Source: an uncultured Chlamydiales bacterium | Lineage (GTDB): Bacteria > Chlamydiota > Chlamydiia > Chlamydiales > JAAKFR01 | DNA length: 64,000 bases | Direction of reading: 5' to 3' | Assembly: GCA_963699155.1 (NCBI GenBank) | Contig: OY969414.1 | Coordinates: 747,757-811,756 of the forward strand | In this document: one piece after another, positions 50,393-59,291 of the stretch | How positions within the stretch are numbered: the first letter of the stretch is position 1 | Layout: each line of letters begins with the position of its first letter | The notes under the pieces: generated by a model | The model's database searches: none | What the model saw: the letters and a program-made list of their open reading frames with translations, nothing else | What the model was told of the DNA's origin: nothing | Made by a program: the position numbers and the translations under genes

Positions 50393-52332
50393 TCACACTT
50401 CCACTCAACTATACTTCAGAGCATTGGACCGTTTCTGGAAATCAACAGCAGGCAAAAGAAGCGCAGGTATTAATTGTTTCAGGGCTCGCGGCTGCAGCGA
50501 TTGTACTCGTAACCTATTCGCTGCTCTCCTATTTTCAGGTCGTGAACAGCATCAATGCCATTGCTCAGTGGAGTTTGTTGGGAGCTGGGGGAGCTTCCGT
50601 TGTCGCTGCTGCCCTCCTTTCGTTTTTCTCCCCCAAAGAGCTACCCTCGGTTTCCATCACCAGCCCGGAAGAATTGAAGATTCACTTAGAAAAACTGTGT
50701 CGAGAAATGGTCCAGGGGGAGGATCCTCTCGAAGCGATGCAGAAGATTATGGAAAGCCTTCCTCTAGACATGTTGGAGAAAGCTGTGGGAAGTCAAGGCG
50801 CTCTGCAATTGGCTCGAGATATGGTTGTGGAGTCTGAGTTCTATTTTAATGCCAATGAGACATTCTCTCAGACTCTTCAGGCAAAGATGAAAAACCTCCT
50901 CTATACCCTCATCAGCATCATCGATAGTACCTTAGCGATTTTGGGAATCGCCGATTTCTGTAAGCCCTCTGAAAGTAGCTTTCATGCCGATTTCAAATTC
51001 CAGAGGATCATGATGATTATCAGCCTCTTTACTCTTCTAACAGCCACTTTACTTCCGCTTCTGGGTGTCACCTCAGGGGCCTCCATCGTCGGAGGAGTCA
51101 TGCTTCTAATTGCTTTGCTCAGCTTGATTTGGCCAAAGATCCGTCCCTCACTCGGTGAGCTGCCGCGTGGAGAAAATTGGTCGGAGCGGGTGCAGAAAGG
51201 CAAAATCTGGAATCCTGGAATGAGAGCGGAGCTGGTGCAAGAGATCTACCACTATTTGCGTGCGCATCGGCATGTCATGTTCATCGGACCATCGGGCATC
51301 GGTAAAACTAATCTCGCGCAGGAGATCACTCAAGGGATCGAGCAGGGAGAGTTGCCTGAGTTTGCAGGCAAAAAAGTTATCTATTTTAATATGGCTGAGC
51401 TGGCCGCCAGCGCAGATATCTTTAGCAATGAGAACATGATCTTAAAAAGGATCGAAGAGGCTGTAGGCGATCGAGCAGAGGACTATGTTTTAGTTTTTGA
51501 TGAAGCCCATGCCGCTTTCGCTGACCTCACATTTGGAAATAAGTTTAAAACCTTCCTCGACAAAATGCCTTACGTCCTCTGCATGACGACAGCTGAGGAG
51601 TATATGAAGTTTATTTTTATCGATCAGGCAGCAGGCGATCGCCGATTTGTGAAGCTTAATGTTGGTAGTACAACACCCGAAGAAACTGAGGCGATCGTCA
51701 GCTATGACATTTTAAGAAAGGCTCCTGCAACACTCATGGAAGAGGGTGCTCTCGAGCATCTCATCGAACAGACAAAGGAGTTTCCACAGCCTCTTTCGGC
51801 TCTCACCTTTGCTTCCCAAGCCCTCATGGAGCTCAATCTGCCCCATTACACTCCAAAGATGAAAGAACTCCAGCAGACGAAAAAAGAGCGCCTTCTCATG
51901 GGAGCGAGAGGGGTAGTTCTAGGAGCTGCTTCTCAAACAGGGGACCAAAAACGATTTCAGACAGTTGAAGGGTCAAAAAAAACAATTGCGCAACTGGACC
52001 AAGAGGTGGCTCTCGAAGAAGAAAAGCTGCATCAACTAAAAAAACTCAAAGAAGAGCTGACCGCTGTGAGGAAAACAAAATACCAGACTGTACGCTCTAT
52101 CGACCAATCAGGACCCTCAGAAGTCGAACTCAACCAACTGCTCCTTCTGAAATATCTTCTCGAACCCAAACTCGAAGAGGCGATCAAAAAAATCTCTGCC
52201 GATATGAAAGTGGATTCACTATTCAATCGTGAGATCATTGATAAAGTCATCGCCGCCGAAAAAGAGAACCAAGAAAAAAGAAAAGTGGCTATGGAGCAGG
52301 CAAAAAAGGCATCCGAAGCGCGCCAGGTTTAA
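50389..52332 (+). CDS. Membrane-anchored ClpB-NBD1-like AAA+ protein, paralog B
   Basis: GPSGIGKT, PEFAGKKVIYFNM, LVFDEAH, TTAEEY, DRRF; four TM segments; C-terminal coiled coil. Confidence 0.85.
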   Translation: MITLPLNYTSEHWTVSGNQQQAKEAQVLIVSGLAAAAIVLVTYSLLSYFQVVNSINAIAQWSLLGAGGASVVAAALLSFFSPKELPSVSITSPEELKIHLEKLCREMVQGEDPLEAMQKIMESLPLDMLEKAVGSQGALQLARDMVVESEFYFNANETFSQTLQAKMKNLLYTLISIIDSTLAILGIADFCKPSESSFHADFKFQRIMMIISLFTLLTATLLPLLGVTSGASIVGGVMLLIALLSLIWPKIRPSLGELPRGENWSERVQKGKIWNPGMRAELVQEIYHYLRAHRHVMFIGPSGIGKTNLAQEITQGIEQGELPEFAGKKVIYFNMAELAASADIFSNENMILKRIEEAVGDRAEDYVLVFDEAHAAFADLTFGNKFKTFLDKMPYVLCMTTAEEYMKFIFIDQAAGDRRFVKLNVGSTTPEETEAIVSYDILRKAPATLMEEGALEHLIEQTKEFPQPLSALTFASQALMELNLPHYTPKMKELQQTKKERLLMGARGVVLGAASQTGDQKRFQTVEGSKKTIAQLDQEVALEEEKLHQLKKLKEELTAVRKTKYQTVRSIDQSGPSEVELNQLLLLKYLLEPKLEEAIKKISADMKVDSLFNREIIDKVIAAEKENQEKRKVAMEQAKKASEARQV

Positions 52333-53408
52333 CTTTGTTGAGGTTCGGGAATCGTCTTTCGTAGAAAGATCATTTCTCGTTTAAACTGCACAAACCTTTC
52401 ATGACATAGCTCCTCCTCTGTTCTACCAAGCGATGCAATCATACAAGCCTCATAGGCTATTTCCGTTTTCTTAATTTCATAAGACAATCTTTCAACGTGT
52501 CTATGGCGCTCGGTTGGGGAGAGTGTGGCAAATTGAAGTCCAAAAGAGGCTTGGCGAGTCATTTCCATTTGGAGATCGAGCTGCAATGGAAAAGCATATT
52601 GAGAGGGATCGATCAGCTGCATTGTAGAGAGCGCTTCTTCAGACAGTTCACAAGCTTCATGATCATTTCCCAGAATATGCTCATGGAGTGCAGCTGCTCT
52701 CAAACAATTAGCTGAGGTAAACAAATTCTCTGTGAAGGGAGCATGGATGTAATCGCGAGGTGTTAATCCCTTAAAGCGATGCTTTCCTGGAGATAGCTTT
52801 AAAAAAGCAGTGGCAGCGGATTGGAGGAGAGAGCTTGCGACAGCGTTGCCTCTCTGAGTCAATTTTTTAAAGGCTTCAGGGGAAGATTCTCTGGGCGCCT
52901 TATCCAAAATTCCGCCCTCATAAATTAGCTTGATCCCTTTTTGAAGCCAGGTGAGTTGTTCGAACGGGCTTTCAGCCAATTCCGCAGCATCTACGGCAGC
53001 TTCTGCTTCATTGATCTGTTCTCTCCATAATGTATAACGTGTTCTCCAGTTCTTGCCAGTGCTCTCTATAGCTGATTGAGCTCTGCGAGCAGAGAGTGCT
53101 CGGACAATCGGATCTTCATCATCCCCTCTGTAGGATTGTGAGGGTAGGGATCCTTTTTCGAGATAATTCCGAAGATCGCCTGGGGAAATTGATAGTTGAC
53201 GGCAGGTCCCATTCGCGATTCTTGGGGCAGTCGGGGAATAACTCTTTTGAGGCATTGCGGCGACGAGTGTGGCACCCAGGGGAATGAGGATTATCAAAAT
53301 AATACAAGCGATAGCGAGTGCCTTTGTCGCATCAAATCGAAAGGAGGCTCTTGGAGGTGGCTCTGTTGCAGCAATAGGAGGATTGTCTCGGGAAACTGGA
53401 GCTGCCAT
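52329..53408 (-). CDS. Membrane-anchored hypothetical protein
   Basis: N-terminal TM segment, helical remainder. Confidence 0.7.
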   Translation of the reverse strand: MAAPVSRDNPPIAATEPPPRASFRFDATKALAIACIILIILIPLGATLVAAMPQKSYSPTAPRIANGTCRQLSISPGDLRNYLEKGSLPSQSYRGDDEDPIVRALSARRAQSAIESTGKNWRTRYTLWREQINEAEAAVDAAELAESPFEQLTWLQKGIKLIYEGGILDKAPRESSPEAFKKLTQRGNAVASSLLQSAATAFLKLSPGKHRFKGLTPRDYIHAPFTENLFTSANCLRAAALHEHILGNDHEACELSEEALSTMQLIDPSQYAFPLQLDLQMEMTRQASFGLQFATLSPTERHRHVERLSYEIKKTEIAYEACMIASLGRTEEELCHERFVQFKREMIFLRKTIPEPQQS

Positions 53409-53424
53409 ATTTTTCTCCTAGGAT

Positions 53425-54462
53425 CTATTTTTTTCGGGAATTTTTCTTGGGAGGCGGAGCTTCCGCTTTGACTTTGCTTTTAGGGGCAGCTTTCTTTTTG
53501 ACTGGCTCGTCCATTTCTTCATCATCATCCTCGTCTTCGTCTTTTTCACTGAAGGAGGGGATGGTAAACTCTCCTTCGAGGCCGAGCTGCATGGAGAGTT
53601 TGCGGAGGGAGGCAAATTTTTCGGAAAGGGCTTGCAGTTGACTTTCTGAATCGGAGCGGGTGGTGCCACGTAAGTGGGCCAAAAATTCCTCTTCGGTATC
53701 AAATTTTTCAGAGAAGGTGATTGAAGAGGCGGAGGTAATTTCGGGGAGGTAGAGGAAGCGGCGCACTGTGGGTGTTACCTGAGTGAAGATATCGCTTGTC
53801 ACCTGGGACTCAATTTCAATCTTGGCCACCTGCTTGGGCGGACGACCACGTTTAGGTCGGGGATTCAGTGCTTCGTTGGAATAGTAGGTTTCCGCCTTCT
53901 TCACAAGAGCGGAGCGTGCCTGGGCGAGATCTTTGGTAACTTTGGGTTCAAAGAGATGAATTTTGAGCTGCTCGATGGTAATGCGTGGAAGATCGAGATC
54001 CTCTTCAAAGACAAATTTAAAGCTATTATTGCGGAGCCATTCGATGATGCGCACACGTGAACGTTCTTGATAATATTGCTGCCACTTTTCTAGCTCAGTT
54101 TCGTTATCGTAGATGAATTCGAGAAACTGCTCACGGGCATCTTTAGAGCCGATGATATCGAGAAGTTTTTCTTTGGTATCGATGTCATAAACTTTTTCGT
54201 TGACAAACCCCTCCATGATCTTTTTGGTCTCATAGAAAGTCAATTTTGAGATGAGGGCATAGCGACCCGCCTGGGCTTTCAACTCTTCTTCCAGCTTTTC
54301 GATCTCCTCGACCTCTTTATCGAGGTCGACGAAGACAATAAAACCTTCGACGCGGTCTAGATAGAAATCGCGCTCATCATTCGATTTGGAGAAGGCATCC
54401 ATGAGTCGGAGGGCTCGAAGAATGAGGGGATTTTGTGCTTGAGGCTGAGAAGATTGTTTCAT
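53425..54462 (-). CDS. UPF0158 family protein
   Basis: RLMDAFSKSNDERDFYLDRVEG, KWQQYYQERSR; downstream of dapF as in chlamydiae. Confidence 0.85.
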   Translation of the reverse strand: MKQSSQPQAQNPLILRALRLMDAFSKSNDERDFYLDRVEGFIVFVDLDKEVEEIEKLEEELKAQAGRYALISKLTFYETKKIMEGFVNEKVYDIDTKEKLLDIIGSKDAREQFLEFIYDNETELEKWQQYYQERSRVRIIEWLRNNSFKFVFEEDLDLPRITIEQLKIHLFEPKVTKDLAQARSALVKKAETYYSNEALNPRPKRGRPPKQVAKIEIESQVTSDIFTQVTPTVRRFLYLPEITSASSITFSEKFDTEEEFLAHLRGTTRSDSESQLQALSEKFASLRKLSMQLGLEGEFTIPSFSEKDEDEDDDEEMDEPVKKKAAPKSKVKAEAPPPKKNSRKK

Positions 54463-55211
54463 GCTCCAGCCATTATAGGTGTTTCTTCCTTTAAAACCAA
54501 GATGGGACCTTCGAGAACCACTTCTGACCAATCGTCATTAAAAGAAACTTTTAAAGTCTCACCTGAACGGACGCCTACCCGAATCGGCGAGGGAAGAGCA
54601 TGCACTTTGTGCGCAATCAGAGCAGCAGCTGTGGCACCAGTGCCGCAAGCTTGCGTCTCTCTCTCCACACCCCGCTCATAGGTGCGTAGAGCGATGGAGC
54701 CATCTTCCTGCAAAGCGACAAAATTAATATTGGCTCCAGCTGGGGCAAAAAGGGGAGAAAAACGGAGAGCCCTGCCGATTTCATTGACTGCGATGGTGTC
54801 TACGCGGTCAATAAAATAGACAGCATGAGGAACACCGGTGTTCACAAAATGGAGATCATAGGGAAGATTCAAGCGGAGTTGGCTAGGTGGAGCTAAGCGG
54901 ATGGCGACGCCTTTCTCCGTCAACCAGCCCTCCTGTAGGCCCGCCAGCGTCTCGATCAAGTAGGTCGATTTTTTCACACCGAGATAGTGGATCAGACAAC
55001 GGATTCCATTGCCACACATCTCCGCTTCACTTCCATCGGAGTTAAAGATCCGCATTTTGGCATCTGCGTGAGTGGAATCTTCCAAAAGGATCAGGCCATC
55101 AACCCCTTCATGCTGACACAAAGAGGCAGCAGTTTGCTCATCAAATCGATGTGAGCGATTGTCACCTACAAGGAAAGTATTGCCTGCGCCTGAATAACGT
55201 ACCCACCTCAT
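54459..55211 (-). CDS. dapF: Diaminopimelate epimerase
   Basis: [34 protein letters not shown]. Confidence 0.97.
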   Translation of the reverse strand: MRWVRYSGAGNTFLVGDNRSHRFDEQTAASLCQHEGVDGLILLEDSTHADAKMRIFNSDGSEAEMCGNGIRCLIHYLGVKKSTYLIETLAGLQEGWLTEKGVAIRLAPPSQLRLNLPYDLHFVNTGVPHAVYFIDRVDTIAVNEIGRALRFSPLFAPAGANINFVALQEDGSIALRTYERGVERETQACGTGATAAALIAHKVHALPSPIRVGVRSGETLKVSFNDDWSEVVLEGPILVLKEETPIMAGA

Positions 55212-55807
55212 TTGAGATCTTTGGCTGTAGAGACAATCTTATCGAGAAGGCCGAACTTTAACGCTTCCTGAGCCGACATCCAGGTGTCTCGGTCGAGCGC
55301 TTTTTCGATCTCTGGTTTGGTGCGTCCCGTATGCTCGACGTAGAGATCGACCAGAAGGGAGTGGGTTTTGAGTATCTCTTTGGCTTGGATGTCGAGATCG
55401 GTTGCTTGTCCCATGACCTGACCTGAAATGGAGGGCTGGTGGATCATGAACCTGGAGTGGGGTGTGGCGTAACGCTTGCCTGGGCTGGCACATAAGCTCA
55501 AAACAGAGCCCATCGAAGCTGCCAAGCCACTGACGCAGGTGATGATTGGCGAGGAGATCATCTTCACCTGGTCCCAAATGGAGAAACCAGCGTCTATCGA
55601 TCCTCCTGGGCTGTTGATGATAAAAATGATCGGCTTTCCAGGATTGGAGAGCTCGAGATACCACAGTTTCCGAATGGCCTCATAGGCTGTTTCATTATCG
55701 ACCTGCGTAAAGAAGAAGAGCCGCCGTGATTGGAGAATCGTATGGTCGATCTTATCGTCTAAGCGTTCGAAATCCTCTTTCTCTATTTCCTTTTCCACTT
55801 TCGCCAT
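55208..55807 (-). CDS. clpP: ATP-dependent Clp protease proteolytic subunit
   Basis: INSPGG, GLAASMG, MIHQP, DRD; AGAGG SD 8 nt before the ATG at 55807. Confidence 0.97.
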   Translation of the reverse strand: MAKVEKEIEKEDFERLDDKIDHTILQSRRLFFFTQVDNETAYEAIRKLWYLELSNPGKPIIFIINSPGGSIDAGFSIWDQVKMISSPIITCVSGLAASMGSVLSLCASPGKRYATPHSRFMIHQPSISGQVMGQATDLDIQAKEILKTHSLLVDLYVEHTGRTKPEIEKALDRDTWMSAQEALKFGLLDKIVSTAKDLK

Positions 55808-55813
55808 GTTCAA

Positions 55814-56066
55814 AACCTCTTTCAATCTAAAATTAAATCAGGGTAGTAGAGTTTCACAACCTCTTTCAATCTACAATTAACTCAGGGTAGTAGAGTTTCA
55901 CAACCTCTTTCAATCTACAATTAACTCAGGGTAGTAGAGTTTCACAACCTCTTTCAATCTATAATTAACTCAGGGTAGTAGAGTTTCACAACCTCTTTCA
56001 ATCTATAATTAACTCAGGGTAGTAGAGTTTCACAACCTCTTTCAATCTACAATTAACTCAGGGTAG
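55814..56066. repeat. Tandem repeat, 5 x 44 bp plus a 33-bp partial unit, copying the glyA 3' end
   Basis: Units start at 55814, 55858, 55902, 55946, 55990 and 56034 (AACCTCTTTCAATCTACAATTAACTCAGGGTAGTAGAGTTTCAC). Confidence 0.97.
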
Positions 56067-57511
56067 AGCGGATGGCGGCTGAGCAGATCGCGCACCCTTT
56101 GCCTTGCCTCACCTAAAATTTGGGGATCGGTCTCCCCTTTCGCTTTTCCGGGCTTTCCCGATTCTGCCATCTTAGGACGCGTATTTTTTAGGACCAATGC
56201 AATCAGATCGGCCACCTCGTCCATTTCTGTAGGACCCATCGTTAGTGTTGTCAAAGCGGCTGTTCCTAAACGGATACCGGAAGTGTACCATGCGCCATTG
56301 GGGTCGAATGGAACCATATTCCGATTCACAGTCATGCTGGCCTCTGTCAAAGCGCCCTCCGCTATTCTGCCTGTTATACCCAGTTTGGAGACATCAAGCA
56401 AGACAAGATGATTATCAGTTCCACCAGTCACGACCTCGATCCCCCTTTTGACAAGAGATTCTGCGAGCGCACGGGCGTTAGTGATCACCTGGCCTGCATA
56501 GCGCTGAAACTTTTCTGTGGCCGCTTCTTGAAAGCCAATCGCTTTGGCAGCAATGACATGGGGAAGGGGACCTCCCAGCACATAGGGACAACCCTTATTG
56601 ACACTTTCCGAAAAATCAGCCGTGCAGAGAACGAATCCGCCGCGAGGACCGCGTAACGTTTTATGGGTCGTCGAGGTGACCATCTGGGCATAGGGAATTG
56701 GATTTTCTTCCCCCACAAAGGCCTTTCCAGCGACCAGACCAGCAAAATGGGCCATATCGACCATCAAAACAGCACCCACCTCATCGGCAATTTGACGCAT
56801 TTTTGCAAAATTGATCCGGCGCGGATAGGCCGAGTAGCCCGCCAGAAGGATCAACGGTTTTTCACGGCGAGCAATCTCGGCGATGGAGTCATAGTTGAGG
56901 AGGTGGGTCTTGCGATCGACCTCATAAGTGACCGCACGCATCATTTTGGCTGAGACATTTTGTCGGAAACCATGCGTCAGGTGGCCTCCTGATCCGAGAG
57001 CCATTCCTAAAAAGGTCTGATTGCAGAGCTCTTGACGGAGCGTTTCAAATTCAGCTGCAGTTAGCTCGTCAGGGTTTTTTTTGCCCAGTTTTTCCAACGT
57101 TTTGTTTTGGATTTTCTGTCCCAAGATCGCCCAAAATGCGACGAGATTGGCATCTGCACCCGAGTGGGGTTGCACATAGGCATGTTCGGCGCCAAAAAGT
57201 GTACGAGCCCTCTCAGCGGCTTCCGCCTCGATTGCGTCAACATTTTCACATCCCGCATAAAAACGGTGGTAGGGATAGCCTTCACAATATTTGTCCGTTA
57301 GCAGATTACCCATGGCCAGCTGAACAGAGAGCGAACTATAATTTTCTGAAGCGATCAGCTTCAGCGTAGAGCGCTGGCTGCGCAGCTCCTGAACGATCGA
57401 TTGGGCAATGGTGGGGGCAACTGTTGACAGATGGTCCAGAGCAGCTAAGTAAGCGATGACATCGGAGCGCCGCTCCTTCTTCTTCGCGAGATAGTTATCC
57501 AAAAATTGCAT
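56042..57511 (-). CDS. glyA: Serine hydroxymethyltransferase
   Basis: LIASENY, QPHSGA, GGHLTHG, STTHKTLRGPRGG. Confidence 0.98.
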   Translation of the reverse strand: MQFLDNYLAKKKERRSDVIAYLAALDHLSTVAPTIAQSIVQELRSQRSTLKLIASENYSSLSVQLAMGNLLTDKYCEGYPYHRFYAGCENVDAIEAEAAERARTLFGAEHAYVQPHSGADANLVAFWAILGQKIQNKTLEKLGKKNPDELTAAEFETLRQELCNQTFLGMALGSGGHLTHGFRQNVSAKMMRAVTYEVDRKTHLLNYDSIAEIARREKPLILLAGYSAYPRRINFAKMRQIADEVGAVLMVDMAHFAGLVAGKAFVGEENPIPYAQMVTSTTHKTLRGPRGGFVLCTADFSESVNKGCPYVLGGPLPHVIAAKAIGFQEAATEKFQRYAGQVITNARALAESLVKRGIEVVTGGTDNHLVLLDVSKLGITGRIAEGALTEASMTVNRNMVPFDPNGAWYTSGIRLGTAALTTLTMGPTEMDEVADLIALVLKNTRPKMAESGKPGKAKGETDPQILGEARQRVRDLLSRHPLYPELIVD

Positions 57512-57601
57512 GGGGCAAAGATTAGGTCGAAAGTACGAAAAAGTCAAATAACGCGAATTTTGGATAAGAAAATTAGTGCTCGCGCCCGTGAGCGTGCCCG
57601 T

Positions 57602-57871
57602 TCAAATAGGGAACTTAGGGTTAATCCTAACAGAAGCCCCAGGGTAGAGAGGGTGGCTTTCGCCGAGCTCGTAGGTGTTGTCGTTCACCAGAACTTTGAA
57701 TTCGGCGGTCGAGAAGGGGGTATCTGTTTCAAAAACCCATTCGTCGGGTTTCTCATGTTTCAGCTGGACCCCTTTATCCCAACTAAGGTCAGAAACCCCC
57801 TCGCCGCGGAGAAAAATGGTGTTGGCAAAATTGGGGTCTACCTGAACGACGATGCGGGTCTTTTTTGGCAT
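57602..57871 (-). CDS. Small beta-sandwich protein, CBM20-like
   Basis: IFLRGEG...LSWDKG...W...EFKVL...YELG resembles the starch-binding CBM20 pattern. Confidence 0.55.
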   Translation of the reverse strand: MPKKTRIVVQVDPNFANTIFLRGEGVSDLSWDKGVQLKHEKPDEWVFETDTPFSTAEFKVLVNDNTYELGESHPLYPGASVRINPKFPI

Positions 57872-57979
57872 ATGAGCGCATAGTGAATTTTTAACTTTAA
57901 TTTTGCAAGCGTTCTGCCGAATTCCCTTGCATGGAAGAGCCAAAGGGAGTATGATCCACCGTTTTAATTTAGGGAATCT

Positions 57980-58753
57980 ATGCAAGAATCTTTTCATCAA
58001 CTTCTCACGATTCAAGAGCTCGATATCAATATGATCCGTCTGATGAGGGTCAAAAAAGAGAGATCGCGGGAACTGGAAGAGATCCACACCTTGAAGTCTG
58101 ACATCGGCAAGCAGGTGGCTGACAAAGAGGTTCAGATTATGGAGACCAAAAAAGAGCTCCGAATGGGTGAGACCCAGATCAAGGAGATCCAGGAGAAGGT
58201 TGCTAAGCTAGAAGCGCAACAGGCCGCTGTCAAAAAGATGGATGAATTCAATGCGTTGACCCACGAAATGACCCATGCAGGCCGCGAAAGAACAGCTGTG
58301 GAACAGAAACTGAGCGATCTGATGGATAAGCTGGCTATTGAAGAAGATCTTCTCATCACTCTCCGTGAAAATCTCACCTCGACCGAAAACAATAGCAATA
58401 TGATTGAAAAAGAGATTCTCGAGAGTATCGATAAGATCAACGAAGAGGGAAGGGCGCTGCTAGAGCAGAGGGAAGAGCTGAAAAAACAGGTCGATTCTGA
58501 AATCTTTAAGATCTACGAGCGCCTGTTGAAAAACAAGAGAGACCGCGTCGTCGTGCCCATCGAGCAGAGAACCTGCAGTGGTTGCCATATCGTTCTGACA
58601 CCCCAGCACGAAAACCTCGTCCGCAAAGGGGATCGGCTGGTCTTTTGCGAACACTGCTCACGCATTCTCTTTTGGCAGGAAGCTCCACCCGTTGAAGGGG
58701 AGGAGGCCGCGCCCCGTCGCCGCCGCCGCCGCACTGCAGCCAGCGCCGCTTAA
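57980..58753 (+). CDS. cdsZ: Coiled-coil plus C4 zinc-ribbon protein (CT398/CdsZ-like)
   Basis: IQELD, long coiled coil, CSGC...CEHCSRIL; upstream of rnpB. Confidence 0.85.
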   Translation: MQESFHQLLTIQELDINMIRLMRVKKERSRELEEIHTLKSDIGKQVADKEVQIMETKKELRMGETQIKEIQEKVAKLEAQQAAVKKMDEFNALTHEMTHAGRERTAVEQKLSDLMDKLAIEEDLLITLRENLTSTENNSNMIEKEILESIDKINEEGRALLEQREELKKQVDSEIFKIYERLLKNKRDRVVVPIEQRTCSGCHIVLTPQHENLVRKGDRLVFCEHCSRILFWQEAPPVEGEEAAPRRRRRRTAASAA

Positions 58754-58894
58754 CATAGACCGGCTGTCGCAGCAGCAGCCGCTTAACGTAGAACTGCGCT
58801 TCGCATCTGCCGCGCTGCTTAAACGTAGAACCACGCTTCGCAGCTGCCAGAGCCGCTACGGTGGCTTCTCTCGCAGCTCGCCGCCGCTAGCGCC
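58730..58894. repeat. Degenerate tandem repeats (about 5 units of roughly 31-38 bp) derived from the cdsZ 3' end
   Basis: Recurring CGCA..GC..CCGCTTAAC(G/A)TAGA units, decaying toward rnpB. Confidence 0.75.
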
Positions 58895-58909
58895 ATTCGT
58901 TTCATTTTT

Positions 58910-59260
58910 GTGGGGGGAAGGGCAATCGCTGCCTCGCTGATCTCGATCAGTGAGGGAGAGGAAAGTCTGGACTTCGTAGAAGAGGATACCAGCGAAAGGC
59001 TGGGGGCCGCAAGGCTACGGAAAGTACAACAGAAAACATACCGCTGGCATTGCCAGAGAGGCTGAAAATCCTAGCTTAAGGAGCTGGGCGCACTTGAGGA
59101 GACTCAAGGCGGTGTAAACCCTATCCGAAGCAAGACGAAAAGAGAATATGGTTCTTCGCCATCTCTTTGAAGAGTCGCTTGAGAACTGCGGTGACGCCGT
59201 TCCTAGATGAATGATTGCAGCCCGTCGTGGCTAACAGAATCCGGCTTATTCTCCCCCCAC
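58910..59260 (+). ncRNA. rnpB: RNase P RNA
   Basis: GAGGAAAGTCTGG, ACAGAAA, GTAAACCC, CTAGATGAATG, AACAGAATCCGGCTTA; terminal GTGGGGGG/CCCCCCAC P1 pairing. Confidence 0.95.
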
Positions 59261-59291
59261 TTTTTTTAAAGAAAAACTAGAGGAAATTTTC

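Noticed and set aside
55814..56066. CRISPR or mini-CRISPR array
   Set aside because: No variable spacers; the unit derives from the glyA 3' end.
57872..58087. N-terminal extension of the 57602 ORF
   Set aside because: It overlaps the divergent cdsZ gene; the ATG at 57871 is more plausible.
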